Notes under the pieces: generated by a model | What the model saw: only the letters and a program-made list of their open reading frames with translations | Told to the model about the DNA's origin: nothing | The model's database searches: none | Shown here: positions 13,182 through 28,772 of the stretch, piece by piece | Position numbering within the stretch: position 1 is the stretch's first letter | How the letters are laid out: each line of letters begins with the position of its first letter | Position numbers and translations under genes: made by a program | Source: Eledone cirrhosa | Taxonomy: Eukaryota | Direction of reading: 5' to 3' | Length of the DNA: 64,000 bases | Assembly (NCBI GenBank): GCA_964016885.1 | Contig: OZ024743.1 | Coordinates: 347,448,001-347,512,000, forward strand

Positions 13182-14275
13182 TGACGACGTCGCCGTTTTT
13201 CTTTGTGATGGCGGTGCTGGTTAGAGGCTGTGGTTATTTTTTTAATTTTCTGTGCTGCCGTTATAGTCATTTACTTTGTTGCTTTTGTTGTTCTTGCTAT
13301 TGTCGATATTGTTGTATTGGTAGTTGTTATTGTCAATGTCAATGATAATTCTTAATGTTATTATTGTAAACATTATTGCTCGTTTGTTTGTATATTTTCT
13401 TCATTCTATTCAACTCTTTCTTTAAACGCAAACATTTGTATAAAAACAAACAAACAACATTTTTTTATCGTTGTATCAGCACTCCCACCGCACCACACCA
13501 TTCACCATAAAGATGTAAAATAAAAATGAAAATAAATCCGAAATAATATAAATAAATAAAACCTTTATTCAAAGTTTGAAAACATCAAATATAAAAAATG
13601 AAAATTTGGCAAAAAAAATGATTTCAAAATCAAAATCAAGGAAGCGTAAAAAATCCCAGATTTGAAAAGGAAGAAAAAGTACAAAAATATACAAATCTTG
13701 CATATAGAAAAAATTTTATAAAAGTGGGAACACCAACTAACTCAACCCCACCCCTTAAAAAAGCGATCTTCACAGAGTGCAGTATGTTTATATGTAATTC
13801 AATGGAATGGGTAAAAGGTAGCTAGGGCGGTGGTGCTAGATCAAACGGGTGTGGGATGTGTTTATTTTTTTTGTGCAGTGCTGCTGTTGTTATTGTTGTT
13901 GTTGTTCTCTTTTCAATGTAGTGCGCATTTATTTATTTTATTATACTTGATTCTCATCTCTTTCCTCTTTCGATACTGATAGTTTTTGTGATAATTTATA
14001 TGTTTGCGTGTATGTATGTTGGTGTGTGTGCGTATTGTGCGTATATATGTGTAAGCGTTTGTGTATGTGTGTGTGTGTGTGTGTGTAAGTGTAGGTCCTT
14101 GTCACAGTCTTTCTAGGTGCATGGATGTAGTGATGAGTCTCGCTGTCTGTGGTCTATGATAGTAGTGATGCTGATTCTACTACTTATGGTGCTGGAGGTT
14201 TAAGGGTAGAGATATTGGAGGTGGGGGTGGTGGTTGGGTGATAGCAGTGGTGATGGCGATCAAAAGGGGGAGTGT

Positions 14276-14571
14276 TCATACGGCTTCTGGTGACGATGGT
14301 AGAGGGGTAAACGATGCTTCTGGTGGCAGTGGTACTGGTGGTGGTGTGACTGGTGGTGTTCGTGGTTCTGGGGGAGATGATGCTGAGTTGCATACGGGGT
14401 GATGTTTCATCTGTTGGTAGTAGTGGTGAAGATGGTGGCAGCAGCGGTGCTGGAGGTACTGTAGGGTATTCTGGAGCTGGTTCTTTTTCAAGGAGTGGTT
14501 GTGCGGCTCACAGTACAGGGGATTGTCGGTGTTTCTGTTTCGATAGAACACGTATTTCTTTCTCTTGTTCA
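14276..14571 (-). CDS. Candidate terminal coding exon of a host gene; cytoplasmic-tail-like peptide (xNKRKKYVFYRNRNTDNPLYCEP...PPEPRTPPVTPPPVPLPP...*)
   Basis: Splice acceptor ttttgcag| at 14579-14572; only one long open frame (98 codons); basic cluster, NPxY and Pro-rich motifs; non-TE composition; UTR-like simple repeats and AATAAA downstream (e.g. ~13563, ~13861). Confidence 0.45.
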
Positions 14572-14964
14572 CTGCAAAACATTTCCACACCATTAATTTG
14601 ATTAAAAGACGAACAAAACTAAGAAACAATCTAAAAAAGATGACAATGAAAACAACAACATCAACAACAATAAAAACAACATCTATTAAACATAACAATA
14701 ACAATAGAAATAACAACGCTAACGCAAAAAACATAAAAATCAGAATGTCGAAATTTAGCTTTCATTATTGTTATTATTATTTTTTACAATTTTTTTTGTC
14801 AATTTCATGCATCCACTAGGGTGGCGCTACGGTTGTCATGGTGAATATATAACTATTTATGTATGTAGGTATATATATCAGTATGCAGGCATGTACTTAA
14901 TTAAGATTGTATGCTACTACGCAGAGAATGAAAGGTGTCATGTACATGATTGTATATGTGTAAG

Positions 14965-15569
<605 letters not shown>

Positions 15570-15700
15570 GTGAGGTTTTTTTTACAAAATGAAAAATAAC
15601 CGAGGTGTCCTACACGAGTGGAAGTATAAAGAAAAAGGGATGAAATCGAAAATGCAACTGAAGTCTTATTTTTTTTTTAAATATATATATTTATTTGGTT

Positions 15701-15738
15701 CCTTTACCGGTTTCGCAGTTCTTCTGATTTTCAAAAGG
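15701..15738 (-). ncRNA. Degenerate hammerhead in a (TA)n-flanked pLTR fragment (~15563-15770)
   Basis: cctt-TTGAAAA-t cag aagaa ctg c-GAAA-ccgg-TA-aagg then AATAAA; stems intact, C3 and G8 mutated. Confidence 0.6.
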
Positions 15739-15821
15739 TGAGTTGAGATGGAGGGTCTGTGGTTTTATATATACATACATATATATATATATATATAAAT
15801 ATATAAGTATATATAAGTATA

Positions 15822-15938
<117 letters not shown>

Positions 15939-16254
15939 AAAAGTTCTACTTAAATTGTTGGGATACAACAAGCAAATATTTTTATAACTAATATAAAGCA
16001 CTCAACAAATAATTGGAGTACAAATACGATATTAACAAATGGAAACTATATTTATAAAACCATATTTATTTCATTATACATATGTTAAGGACACCAAGTT
16101 AAATTATGGTGTGCTTTCATCAGATAAAATATAATATAGAGCAGTTTTATAAATAAATATTGACATACCCTTAAAGAATGCAACCATTACTGTTCGAAGC
16201 TCCCGGGAGCTTACAACAGTAATGGTTGCATTCTACATACATAAATAGTTATTT

Positions 16255-16790
16255 ATACGTACATATATATATGTGTGCTTGTATGTATATATATATATAT
16301 ACATACTACTGTACGTCTGTATACATATATGTATGTACGTATGCATACTTATATTTAAGTAACAGCCGTACTAAGAGTGGGAAATGAAATTTCGTTTCAT
16401 TTTTTCCGTTTATCGTTTTCGTTGCACCCGGCCGATTAACCCACTCGATATGCAAATTAGGCTACTCAGCCGTTAATATGCATAAGGAAAGTATATACTT
16501 TCAGACGTTCAATCATCTGGCAGGAAGGTATACGTTGCTGACGATAGTTAATAAACTTGAAACTAGTACAGCGTTCCTTTGTCAGTGTTGAACAAACGAG
16601 CAACGATGGTTGCTAGACACTACGGCTTAATACGGGATGTTTGTTTACAAACACACCGAGCATTATAATAGATGTTCGGTGAATCCATACGTACATATAT
16701 ATATATGTGTGCATGTATGTATATATATACATACTACTGTACGTCTGTATGCATATATATATGTACGTATACATACTTATATATATATAT
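16255..16790 (+). mobile_element. Non-coding ~432 bp HHR-bearing unit, ~1.2 tandem copies (retrozyme-like / non-autonomous PLE), family A
   Basis: atacgtacatatatatatgtgtgc...catactactgtacgtctgta repeats at 16255 and 16687; homologous to 58160-58975. Confidence 0.8.
16532..16574 (+). ncRNA. Minimal type I hammerhead, intact
   Basis: acgttg-CTGACGA-t agtt aata aact t-GAAA-ctag-TA-cagcgt; stem III palindrome ACTAGT; GUA site. Confidence 0.85.
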
Positions 16791-16810
16791 ATATAGAGAG
16801 AGATAGATAT

Positions 16811-17352
16811 ATCACTGATGAAGGACTAATTGTATTCATATATAACCCATGTGAAACACGCAGCACTCAATTCTTCTCATATTTATATATATATATTTTT
16901 CCTCAGCTGCGTTTGTCTGTTTCTTTCTTAATGCTTCCCCCCTCTCTCTGTATCTCTCACCTTATTTCGCCCCCTCTGTCAGTCATACTTTCTCTCGACT
17001 GCGTCTTCCTCGCACTTCCTCTCAGTCACTCTCTGCTTCTCCACCCTCTCACTTCCTCCCGTTTGGCCTGCGTGGGGGTCCTTTCTCAGTCACACCTCAC
17101 CCACGTCGGATGGTGTGTATATCTCTCTCGCCCTTGAAATTCACCCAGCTTAAGCTGAATAGATTTCATGTGCTTGTTTCTTCCTATCTTTCCGTTGCTA
17201 TACCATGTTTGTGTGTTTACTTGTCTCGCTCGCTTTTCGCTATATTACTTGTCCCAATAGCTTTATTTAGCTATTGCTCGCACCAACTGGAGGTGTATGA
17301 TTTTTAAAGCGATGGAATACCAATGAAAGTTGGAAAATCACTGATGAAAGAC

Positions 17353-17362
<10 letters not shown>
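16811..17362 (+). mobile_element. ~527 bp unit with terminal direct repeat beginning atcaCTGATGAa(g/a)gactaatt, family B
   Basis: Repeat at 16811 and 17337; homologous inverted copy at 18325-18905. Confidence 0.75.
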
Positions 17363-17392
<30 letters not shown>

Positions 17393-17396
<4 letters not shown>

Positions 17397-17600
17397 TATT
17401 GAAGTTTCCGTTGAAAATTGAAAAAGTCATAGGAGTGAAGAGTGCTCTATGTAAGTACCAGAGCAAAATTTAATGTATAAAATACAATACATTATAATTA
17501 CCTCATTACCAGAGGTTTCTCGAATAAGACGAATACGAAAGACACGTCTTCATTCGTTCGTCGGACGAGGCAATATAAAACATAGTGAAATATTTGGAAA
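17393..17600 (-). mobile_element. pLTR fragment with decayed HHR, related to 48408-48570
   Basis: Shares gaag..ttccgt..aaaagtc..agga..aagagtgctctatgta.gt..cagagc and cattaccag.ggtttct with 48408-48525. Confidence 0.55.
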
Positions 17601-17622
17601 GTCTCCTCAAGAAATGCAAAAA

Positions 17623-17986
<364 letters not shown>

Positions 17987-18057
17987 CTCTACTACCCTAA
18001 GTATTGTGTACTGTCGTGCGTTATGGTCCCTCTGGTTCCTTACCACAACTCCTTCGT

Positions 18058-18088
<31 letters not shown>

Positions 18089-18324
18089 GACTTGATTTTA
18101 TATAGAAATTACTTCTACAGAACTAGAACTGATTAATTCGTATTAAATCATGTAGACATTCCTCGAAATTTCATCCGAATAAAACAGTTCTAATTATGTA
18201 CAAGTTATTTATACATGAAAAAAAAATTGAATACTCTCTACCAACGTATTGCAGTCACCTCCCGATCCCTTCGGCAATCTACCTATATAAACACTCACAC
18301 ACACCTATGGATATATATATATAT

Positions 18325-18905
18325 ATATGAGAAAAATGGAGAGCTGCGTGGTTGCACATGGGTTACATATGAATAAAATTAGTCCTTCATCGGTGATCTT
18401 CCAACTTTCATTGATATTTTATCGTTTTAAATATCATATACCTCTAGTTGGTGCGAACAACAACTAAATAAAGTTATTGGGACAAGTAAAATAGGGTGAA
18501 ATGAGCGAGACATGTAAACAAACAACGATGGTATTTGCAACGGAAATATAGGAAGAGAAAAGTACATGATATCTGTAATCTTAAGCTTGGTAAATTCATG
18601 TACGAGAGATACACACCACCCGACATGGGTGAGATGTGAGCGAGAAAAGGATTTCACACAGGTCAAACAGGAGGAAGTGAGAGAGGGGGAGAAGCAGAAA
18701 GTGAGTGAGTGGAAGTGTGAGGAAGAGACCAGCCGAGAGAGAGTGTGACTTGCAGAGGGGGTAAAAAGAAGGTGAGAGATACAGAGAGAAGGGAATCAGT
18801 AAGAAAGAAACAGACAATCGCAGCTGAGCAAAAAATATAAATATGAGAAAAATGGAGAACTGCGTGGTTGCACATGGGTTACATATGAATAAAATTAGTC
18901 CTTCA
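18325..18905 (-). mobile_element. Family B unit, ~516 bp period, inverted relative to 16811-17362
   Basis: atatgagaaaaatggaga.ctgcgtggttgcacatgggttacatatgaataaaattagtccttcat at 18325 and 18841; body homologous to 16811-17362. Confidence 0.8.
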
Positions 18906-18937
18906 TATGCATATATAATTATGCGTGTATGTATATA

Positions 18938-19105
18938 TAGCCCCACCAGAGATACGAAAAAGAGCAGCAAGCGAGAGATAGCGCCAACAACAAACTACAG
19001 ATCCATAACACGCCCTCTTTTGCTCTATGCCAGTCAAAAGCCGCCTTAGATCCAAGAAAAGTTTCCTAAACAGTGTCAGATCCCTTGGAACATCAAGCAT
19101 AAGTA
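18938..19105 (+). mobile_element. Vingi/Ingi-like LINE 3' fragment
   Basis: Translates APPEIRKRAA..DP*HALF..KSRLRSKKSFL, matching the Vingi C-terminal APP.IRR...HPL...RL.SR.SF pattern. Confidence 0.6.
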
Positions 19106-19225
19106 GTGAAAGAGTAATTCGCTGGGAAAAAATGTAAAAATAGAGCTAAAGGCGAGCGAGGCAACGCACCCCGCGCCATATATATATATATAGCGACGAT
19201 GAATTAGTTTTGCGAGGTTTTTTAT

Positions 19226-21160
19226 ATGAAATCGTGTGTCGAAACAAATATTGTTATACTTGACAAATATTGTTATACAGTCGACGACCCGACAACGGGA
19301 CCACCAACAAGACCCGTATGCGGAGCTAATATAGCTAGCAACTACAGGATCTCCTACTTTCTCTCAATGGTTATACGCCCCATAATCAAGATGTCCCAAG
19401 ATGTATGTGACAGTACAGAGGACCTCCTCAGCATAATCAGTGAGTGCAACAAAAACAGGAGCCTATCCAACTGCATAATAGGCAGCATGGATGTGGTGTC
19501 ACTGTACCCATCCATTAACATTGATTTTGCTGTGAAAAGATGTGTGGAGATGATCATTGAGAGTGAGGTGGAGTTCTGCGACGTCGACACAGACGAACTG
19601 GGCCTCCTACTTAGACTTACCTACGACACTGACTACCTAGACAGCCATGACCTTATATGTTTCTGCCCTAGTAGACCTATAAGAGGTAGACCCCCCACCA
19701 TAACCTCAATGGCAAAAAAGACTCCCATGGGAAGGTGGATTGGGTGGACCAAAGCTATACGGACCCCCCAAAACAATGATCAGGTAAGAAAAATGGTCGC
19801 ACATGCAATAGGGGCTAGTATCAAAACTACCCTAAAGGGCTACATATTTAAGTTCAATGAGAAAATCTACACCCAAAATGAGGGAGCAGCCATCGGCGTC
19901 AGCATAGCTGGTGATGTTGCCAACCTTTTCATGGTATGGTGGGAAAGGAGACTTAAAGATCTCCTTAATGAAAGCTCCATAGACCTCATCATGTACTCTC
20001 GTTATGTAGACGATATGAATATAGTTATAAGAACACCCCCACTAGAGAGAACTAACAAGCTTGATTTAGAACGTAGCACGATGGAAAGCATCCAGCAGAT
20101 AGCTAATTCCATACACCAGAGTATAACTGTAACTATCGACTTCCCTTCCAAACACCCTAACAATAGACTACCTGTATTAGACAGAGAACTCTGGATTAAC
20201 ACTATAGACGAGAGAGCCCAAATTCTCCACCCACACTATGCTAAACCCATGGCCTCCAAATACTTGATACTAAAAAACTCAGCAATGTCCAGTAGTGCTA
20301 AGTTTAATATTCTGATCGCAGATTTGGTACAAGTGATGAAGAATGTGTCCCGCATGTGCGACCCAACAGAAATGGAAAGACACATCCAACACTTCATCAA
20401 CCGCATGCAGTTCTCTGGCTACAACCAAAGAGACAGAGTCAGAGTATACGAAGGAGCCATGGAAAAGTATAAGACCCTCATAGAACTGGACATGAAAGGA
20501 ATTTGCCCATTATACAGGAGCAAATCATGGAATAGCTTAGATAGGGCTAGACATAAGATAGGGAAAGCCACATCATGGTACGACAACCAGAGATACCAGA
20601 GTGTCATGTTTGTGGACGCCACCCCTGGAGGGAAATTAGCTAACCAGTGTAGAAAGGCCATGAGAAAGACCCACTTAAAAATAAAGGTGGTAGAAAAGCC
20701 AGGAACCACCATAAAATCCCTGATCAGCAAAACCTACCCTTTTAAGAAAACCCACTGTACCAATAGGAAATGTATCATATGTAAGGTGAACTCCCGGATA
20801 AACTGTAAAACTAGAAACGTAGTCTATAGCATAAGATGTACAGAGGGTACTTGCAGAAACATGACAACAACATACATAGGTGAGACAGCTCGTAGCATAG
20901 GTGAAAGGATAGACCAACACTGGGGGGAACTAAAAGGACGAAAAAACGTGTCAGTACTATACGAACATGCTAGACAACAACATGACGGTAACATAGACAA
21001 CATAGAAATTAGAATAATATCTAAACATAGAAATGTCCCAGCAGATAGGCAAATCAGAGAGGCCAGTGAAATAGAAATTAGAAGACCAAAGCTAAACAGA
21101 AAGAATGAATGGAATAACAACATCACCCAAACAAACAACACTGACCTAAGAGAAGTATAA
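19226..21160 (+). CDS. Penelope-like retroelement polyprotein: RT + Zn-knuckle linker + C-terminal GIY-YIG endonuclease (5' truncated; homology starts ~19280)
   Basis: TRPVC, SMDVVSLYPSI, GAAIG, RYVDD, LPVLD, YAKP; CTNRKCIIC..C; NVVY..YIGET.R...R..QH, EHARQQH, E, LN; no internal stop. Confidence 0.9.
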   Translation: MKSCVETNIVILDKYCYTVDDPTTGPPTRPVCGANIASNYRISYFLSMVIRPIIKMSQDVCDSTEDLLSIISECNKNRSLSNCIIGSMDVVSLYPSINIDFAVKRCVEMIIESEVEFCDVDTDELGLLLRLTYDTDYLDSHDLICFCPSRPIRGRPPTITSMAKKTPMGRWIGWTKAIRTPQNNDQVRKMVAHAIGASIKTTLKGYIFKFNEKIYTQNEGAAIGVSIAGDVANLFMVWWERRLKDLLNESSIDLIMYSRYVDDMNIVIRTPPLERTNKLDLERSTMESIQQIANSIHQSITVTIDFPSKHPNNRLPVLDRELWINTIDERAQILHPHYAKPMASKYLILKNSAMSSSAKFNILIADLVQVMKNVSRMCDPTEMERHIQHFINRMQFSGYNQRDRVRVYEGAMEKYKTLIELDMKGICPLYRSKSWNSLDRARHKIGKATSWYDNQRYQSVMFVDATPGGKLANQCRKAMRKTHLKIKVVEKPGTTIKSLISKTYPFKKTHCTNRKCIICKVNSRINCKTRNVVYSIRCTEGTCRNMTTTYIGETARSIGERIDQHWGELKGRKNVSVLYEHARQQHDGNIDNIEIRIISKHRNVPADRQIREASEIEIRRPKLNRKNEWNNNITQTNNTDLREV

Positions 21161-23146
<1,986 letters not shown>

Positions 23147-23745
23147 AAATATCTCCATAGAATCATTAGATAAGATATATACACCATTTCTTCTCCCAGT
23201 CAGCATAATCAACCACACATAAAAACAATTAAACCAGGCTATAAGATTAAAAGGCACCTATGAAGAAATAATAAATAAATAAACGACAGCCATCTATTCG
23301 CGATCAACAGCTATAGAACATTTACCCATCATTTCAATAGCACGTGAAAATCGATTAAATATATCGTCAACCATATACAATTAGGCATAACATTAAAGTT
23401 AGAAGAAAAACTGTATATAAACATACCAGGATTTATGTTTCTACCCCTTAGGGTTTCATTCGCCTTTGGAAATATCCGCTCAAGGATAAATTCTCGAGCT
23501 TCGAAATCTTCAGGAAACAAACTCACTTGAACGAAGATTTTTCTTAAATGATCCCCGCCAGAAACGAATTCAAAATGGCTAAGAATTGTGACGTGGCAGT
23601 GGTCAAATCAGAAAGAATCTGATTGCTGCCTTACGGCGAGTGGGCTGGTTGCTAGAAAGCGCAGTCTAATATTGCCTAAATTGCAGCGCAACCTTATGGG
23701 AGATTATCAAATATAAAGATTTACATATACACAAACTAGACAAAG

Positions 23746-23787
<42 letters not shown>

Positions 23788-23945
23788 TTACACCAAAAAA
23801 AATGTTTCATGTTCTGTGTTCTTTTTTATTGTGAAAGATCACCAGACGCGGACGACCTGCGCCTCCTTTCCTCTTTCTAACTCCCTCACTCACTTCCTCT
23901 CTCTCCCTCTCTCACTCACTCTCTCTCTCTCACACTCTCTCTCAG

Positions 23946-23981
<36 letters not shown>

Positions 23982-23994
23982 TATATATATATAT

Positions 23995-24500
23995 TGTTAT
24001 GCTTTGGGAGGGTCATGTTGCCAAAAAGAAACACACGCACCAGTTGCTTTCATTCCAATTTATTATAAATTAAATTTATAAATTTAAGAACCTATACATT
24101 TCCGGTTGGTTGGTTCGTTCCACAACCGGACGGTTGCTCACACATTGTCAAAGTTCTTTCGTCACACACTCTGCGACCCCCTCAGTGACTGGGGACTCCT
24201 ACCCTCTCTCTGTGCCTCTCCCCCGTTCTGTCCCACACCATCTTGTCTCTATGTGCACCGTGTGCCTGTCTGGGCATTTGCTACATCCGGGTGTCCGTGT
24301 GTGTTTATATATGTTTATTTATTTGTTCACCCACATGTCACTGGCTGGTTGTTTGTTCTATGTGTGTGTGTGTGCCCCCACCTTGTCTTTAATTTTGGTT
24401 GGAGTTCATCTATGTTTATTGCCCCTGTGATTTGTCTAAACATTGCGTCTTTTCTGCGTGTAGATTCTATTTTTTTTCTATGTTCTCTAATTTACCCTTA
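23995..24500 (-). mobile_element. Family C pLTR copy with HHR (24147-24189, CTGAGGG variant)
   Basis: Minus strand gtca-CTGAGGG-g gtcgca gagtg tgtgac-GAAA-gaac-TT-tgac; terminus atgaccctcccaaagcataacaatata. Confidence 0.75.
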
Positions 24501-25185
24501 TGTTCTACTTTAGTATATTGGTGGAGCATAAATGATTCCATTCCATCCTGAAGCTCTCGCCAGTGTTCATTCATCCGTTCTCCTGTACTACGAGCTGTCA
24601 CCCATATACACTATATTCTTATCTCTACATTGTCCTTCAGTACATCTTATGCTATATACTACATTTTTGGTTTTACAGTTATATATACATATAGGTATAT
24701 GGGAATGGAAGCATGAAATATGCATCAATTTATTTATTTATTTATTTATTTTGTGAAAAAAACATATATTCTGACATTAATATCTATACATATAAATATA
24801 CCCAATACATGTAAATATACGTTATTTATTCATATGTTACTCTGTATTTATTTTATCTAACGTATATGTCTAAGAATGCAAAGAATGAAATGCAAGTAAA
24901 ATGGCTCTTTTATTCTTAACATTTTCCTCGTTCGATATAATTTGGAATTCTTTGAAGAGTTATACAATTTTGAATTGGAATGAAGACTGATTCCTTACTT
25001 GGTATAAAACGAAACTCTTGAATTCAACGAAGCAAGATTTGGTTTGACAATCTTAAATGCCAAAATTCGATTAAACAAATCTAAAGTATATTGGAATTAA
25101 AACAATGGACAAATTGCATATGTAGAGACACACATTCACATCTACATGTATATCTACATGCATATATATGTATATATATATACGT

Positions 25186-25219
<34 letters not shown>

Positions 25220-25234
25220 ACAGTCTCTTTATAT

Positions 25235-25893
25235 TTGTCTCAGAGGCAGCTGATCCATCAGCTGAATGTAGAGAAGCCAGAGGCGATCACTAATGTAGGC
25301 GGGAAAAAGATAGAATTGGTTGAGGACTTCCTGTATTTGGGAGCAAATATTGGGAATACGGAAGATGATGTGGTTGAGAAGAAGAGCAAAGCCTGGGCGG
25401 CGTGCCACAGCTAGAGATCGGTGTGGAAGTCTGACCTTCGTAAAGACCTGAAAATCCACCTCTTCATTGCTGTATTGGTGTCCGTGCTGCTGTACGGGTG
25501 TGAGACTTGGACACTGACCAGGAAATTCACTCAGATAGTGGATGGACGCTACACGAGAATGCTTAGGATGGCTCTGAACATTAATCAGTATACACTGAGG
25601 ATGAAAAACCCAGAGCTGTATGGGAGCCTCCCAAAAGTCAGCTCAAAAGTGACACAGAGGAGACTGAGGTTAGCTGGACATGCTCACCGACATCCAGAGT
25701 TGACATTGTTCTCATTGCTCCTGTGGGAGCCCCTACATGGACACACTAGAAGAGGAAGACCAAGGTTAATGTATGTTGATGCCCTAAGGACAGACATTGG
25801 TCTGTTGGAGAAGCAGGACATGGCAGCGATAATGAGGGACAGAGCCCGCTGGAGAGAACTCGTCCTTGGATCTCGGGAATTTTACCCGCCCAT

Positions 25894-25897
<4 letters not shown>
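25235..25897 (+). mobile_element. RTE-clade LINE 3' fragment (RT thumb/C-terminus, one in-frame stop)
   Basis: VEDFLYLG, LLYGCETWTLT, RRLRLAGH, RRGRP, DRARWR; flanked by (TA)n. Confidence 0.88.
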
Positions 25898-25980
<83 letters not shown>

Positions 25981-26094
25981 CTATGTGTGTGAGCCGGTGT
26001 GTGCGTAAGATTCTCGTCCTAATATATGAAACGTGAAGCTAATATATTGAATTCTTTGATTTGTGTTTCCATTTACATTTTGGATTTAATTATT

Positions 26095-26148
<54 letters not shown>

Positions 26149-26169
26149 TGTGTGTGTGTGTGTGTGATT

Positions 26170-26465
<296 letters not shown>

Positions 26466-26804
26466 GTGTGTCTCTGTGTGTGCATATGTGTATGTGCATG
26501 TGAGTGTGTGTGATTGAATGTTTAACATATTCAATTCTGGGACTGTAACACAGATGGATGGAATTGGATGGGGTCAGGAATCACTATCAGATTTCATCTC
26601 GTGAATAATTTTTCTACATCAGAAAACTGTAGTTAATCACCAATCTCAGATCTTAATGAATCATTGACCTACAATATACACATTATGTTTCTCGGATTGC
26701 ACACACAAAATAATGGGTTGCAGCATTTCCTTAATTGCATACCTTAAGAAAGAATAAAGTCAACTGCAAGTGTTACATTCGTCCGCCATATTTTCTCAGT
26801 ATAA

Positions 26805-26990
26805 TTATTTCCGATTTAGGCACAATAACAATTGTTTAGGAGTGGAATGTTAATTAAATTGACTCCAGTGCGTTAGAAGTTCTTTATGTCATCGACCCCG
26901 TGAGGATGAAAGCCAAAGCAACCTTGGAGAGATTTGAACTCTGAACGTAAAGGGGCTTAATTATATACCACAAATCATGTTGTTCGACAC
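26805..26990 (-). mobile_element. Decayed SINE
   Basis: atcgaccccgtgaggatgaaagccaaag..gatttgaactc. Confidence 0.75.
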
Positions 26991-27698
26991 TAGCAGCCGT
27001 TATCCATACATGTCACAATTTGAATAATTAAGGAAGGTCATTGCTCGGCAGTGCACACTGCATGAAAATATACTAAGCTCCCTCAAACAGGACCTTCGCT
27101 TATTTGGAAGGTTCAGAAAAGTTTGTTCTAAAATCCATACCAAAGACCTCATCTACAGAGTTTTTCTTTCTCACTGCTCCCTCCTGTGTTTTTCAGGCCC
27201 AGAGATACACAGCTGAGATATAATGATCACGGAGTCGTTTAAGACCGTATATTTCCATAAGATAATTTCAGTCACATGTCAATATAGGAAAGCATACAGC
27301 AACGTATCTAGCAGCGTTGTATTCGCCCTATATGTACATCACATGGGGAGGTTCTTACCTAAAACTTTGGATTTTTTACTCTTATCTTCCTTGTAAGTTA
27401 CCCTATATCAGGACATCAATTGACTTGAGGAGTATAAAAATATTAAAAGCCAAATAAAGGCCATCATCGTTCTGCTCTCTGTGGTGGAGTCATTGTTGGA
27501 GTAATATTTAAGATATAGAGGTGGAATGTTTTGAACTCTGTCAAAATAAAGCTAGAAACCTCCCTTGCCAGTACAGTTCTTCTTGACGTCTCTATAAAAA
27601 ATGGTAACGTCCTGTCTTCGATCAGTTCTATACATCATAGTATAGGATGTAGTCATAATAGGATCCACAAAGGAAAATAATTTTCATCTCCGAATTTT

Positions 27699-27789
27699 AT
27701 GGACAATTCTGAGGACAAATCTGTGGACATTTCTGTTGACAATTCTGTGGACAATACTATGGACAATTCTGTGGACAATTCTGTGGACA
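27699..27789. repeat. 12 bp minisatellite (TGGACAATTCTG) x ~7.5
   Basis: Direct sequence. Confidence 0.9.
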
Positions 27790-28013
27790 CAATCAAGGAG
27801 AGTTTGCTTGTGAGCATGAATTCATATTTTTGTATGTGTATGTATATGTGTATCTATACATACAATTTTGTAAGCAGTTAAGTAGTCACTATTCGAAGTG
27901 TAGTAGATACATATATCCATTGGATGTTGCATGTCTCATCTTGTGTGTTCTATGTGTATATGCGTGAGTGCCTGTGTGCGTGTCAGTGATGTGTGTGTGT
28001 GTTTATATATACG

Positions 28014-28069
<56 letters not shown>

Positions 28070-28772
28070 TATATAATCGCATATAGCCACATTTCTGTTT
28101 GCTCTTATACATACTAACACCATATTCTCACGTATATTACACGTCCTCAATCCTTATCGTTCTACAATTCGCCAATATCTCCATATATGAATATTTACAG
28201 ACAATAACCGAGTATGGTTTGGCAGGTCACATTTTACAACATAAATAGAGAACCGATAAAATATATTTTTATTACATTATATTCTTGCTTTAAATTTGCA
28301 TAAACAAAGCTTTACTTAAATATGCTATTATCTGGTTATAAATAGAGATAACTAACGTGTCGGTTACTAACAAAAAGTAAAATAGGTAAATAGATAAATA
28401 CATAGATAGATAGACATATTGATAGATAGATAGATATATAGAGGTGTAGAGAGATACACAGAAAAAAAAGATAAACGCTAAAAAGAGCAATATACATATA
28501 TATATACATGATGATGATGATGGCTCCCCCCTCGATATCGAGTATGGCCATTGCACGATATACCATTATTAATAATTATTAATTAATTCTATCGTGCAAT
28601 GACGTGAAGATATTTTTTTTAAGTGTGGAAAGACTGTGCACTGAGCCAATCCCACTCTGAGCGACAGTAGCTATAACCCGAAAAGAAGAAAAGATCAACA
28701 TCATCGGTAACTACTGAGCCGCCAGTTTTATATCGGAGTTATCCCATATTCCTGAGTTGCCTTCTCCTAGAA

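Noticed and set aside
13016-13345. Poly-F / poly-E ORFs
   Set aside because: (TTC)n microsatellite
16177-16233. 57 bp hairpin gaatgcaaccattactgtt..aacagtaatggttgcattc
   Set aside because: Real but short and unassignable; probably a collapsed fold-back, with no evidence for a miRNA
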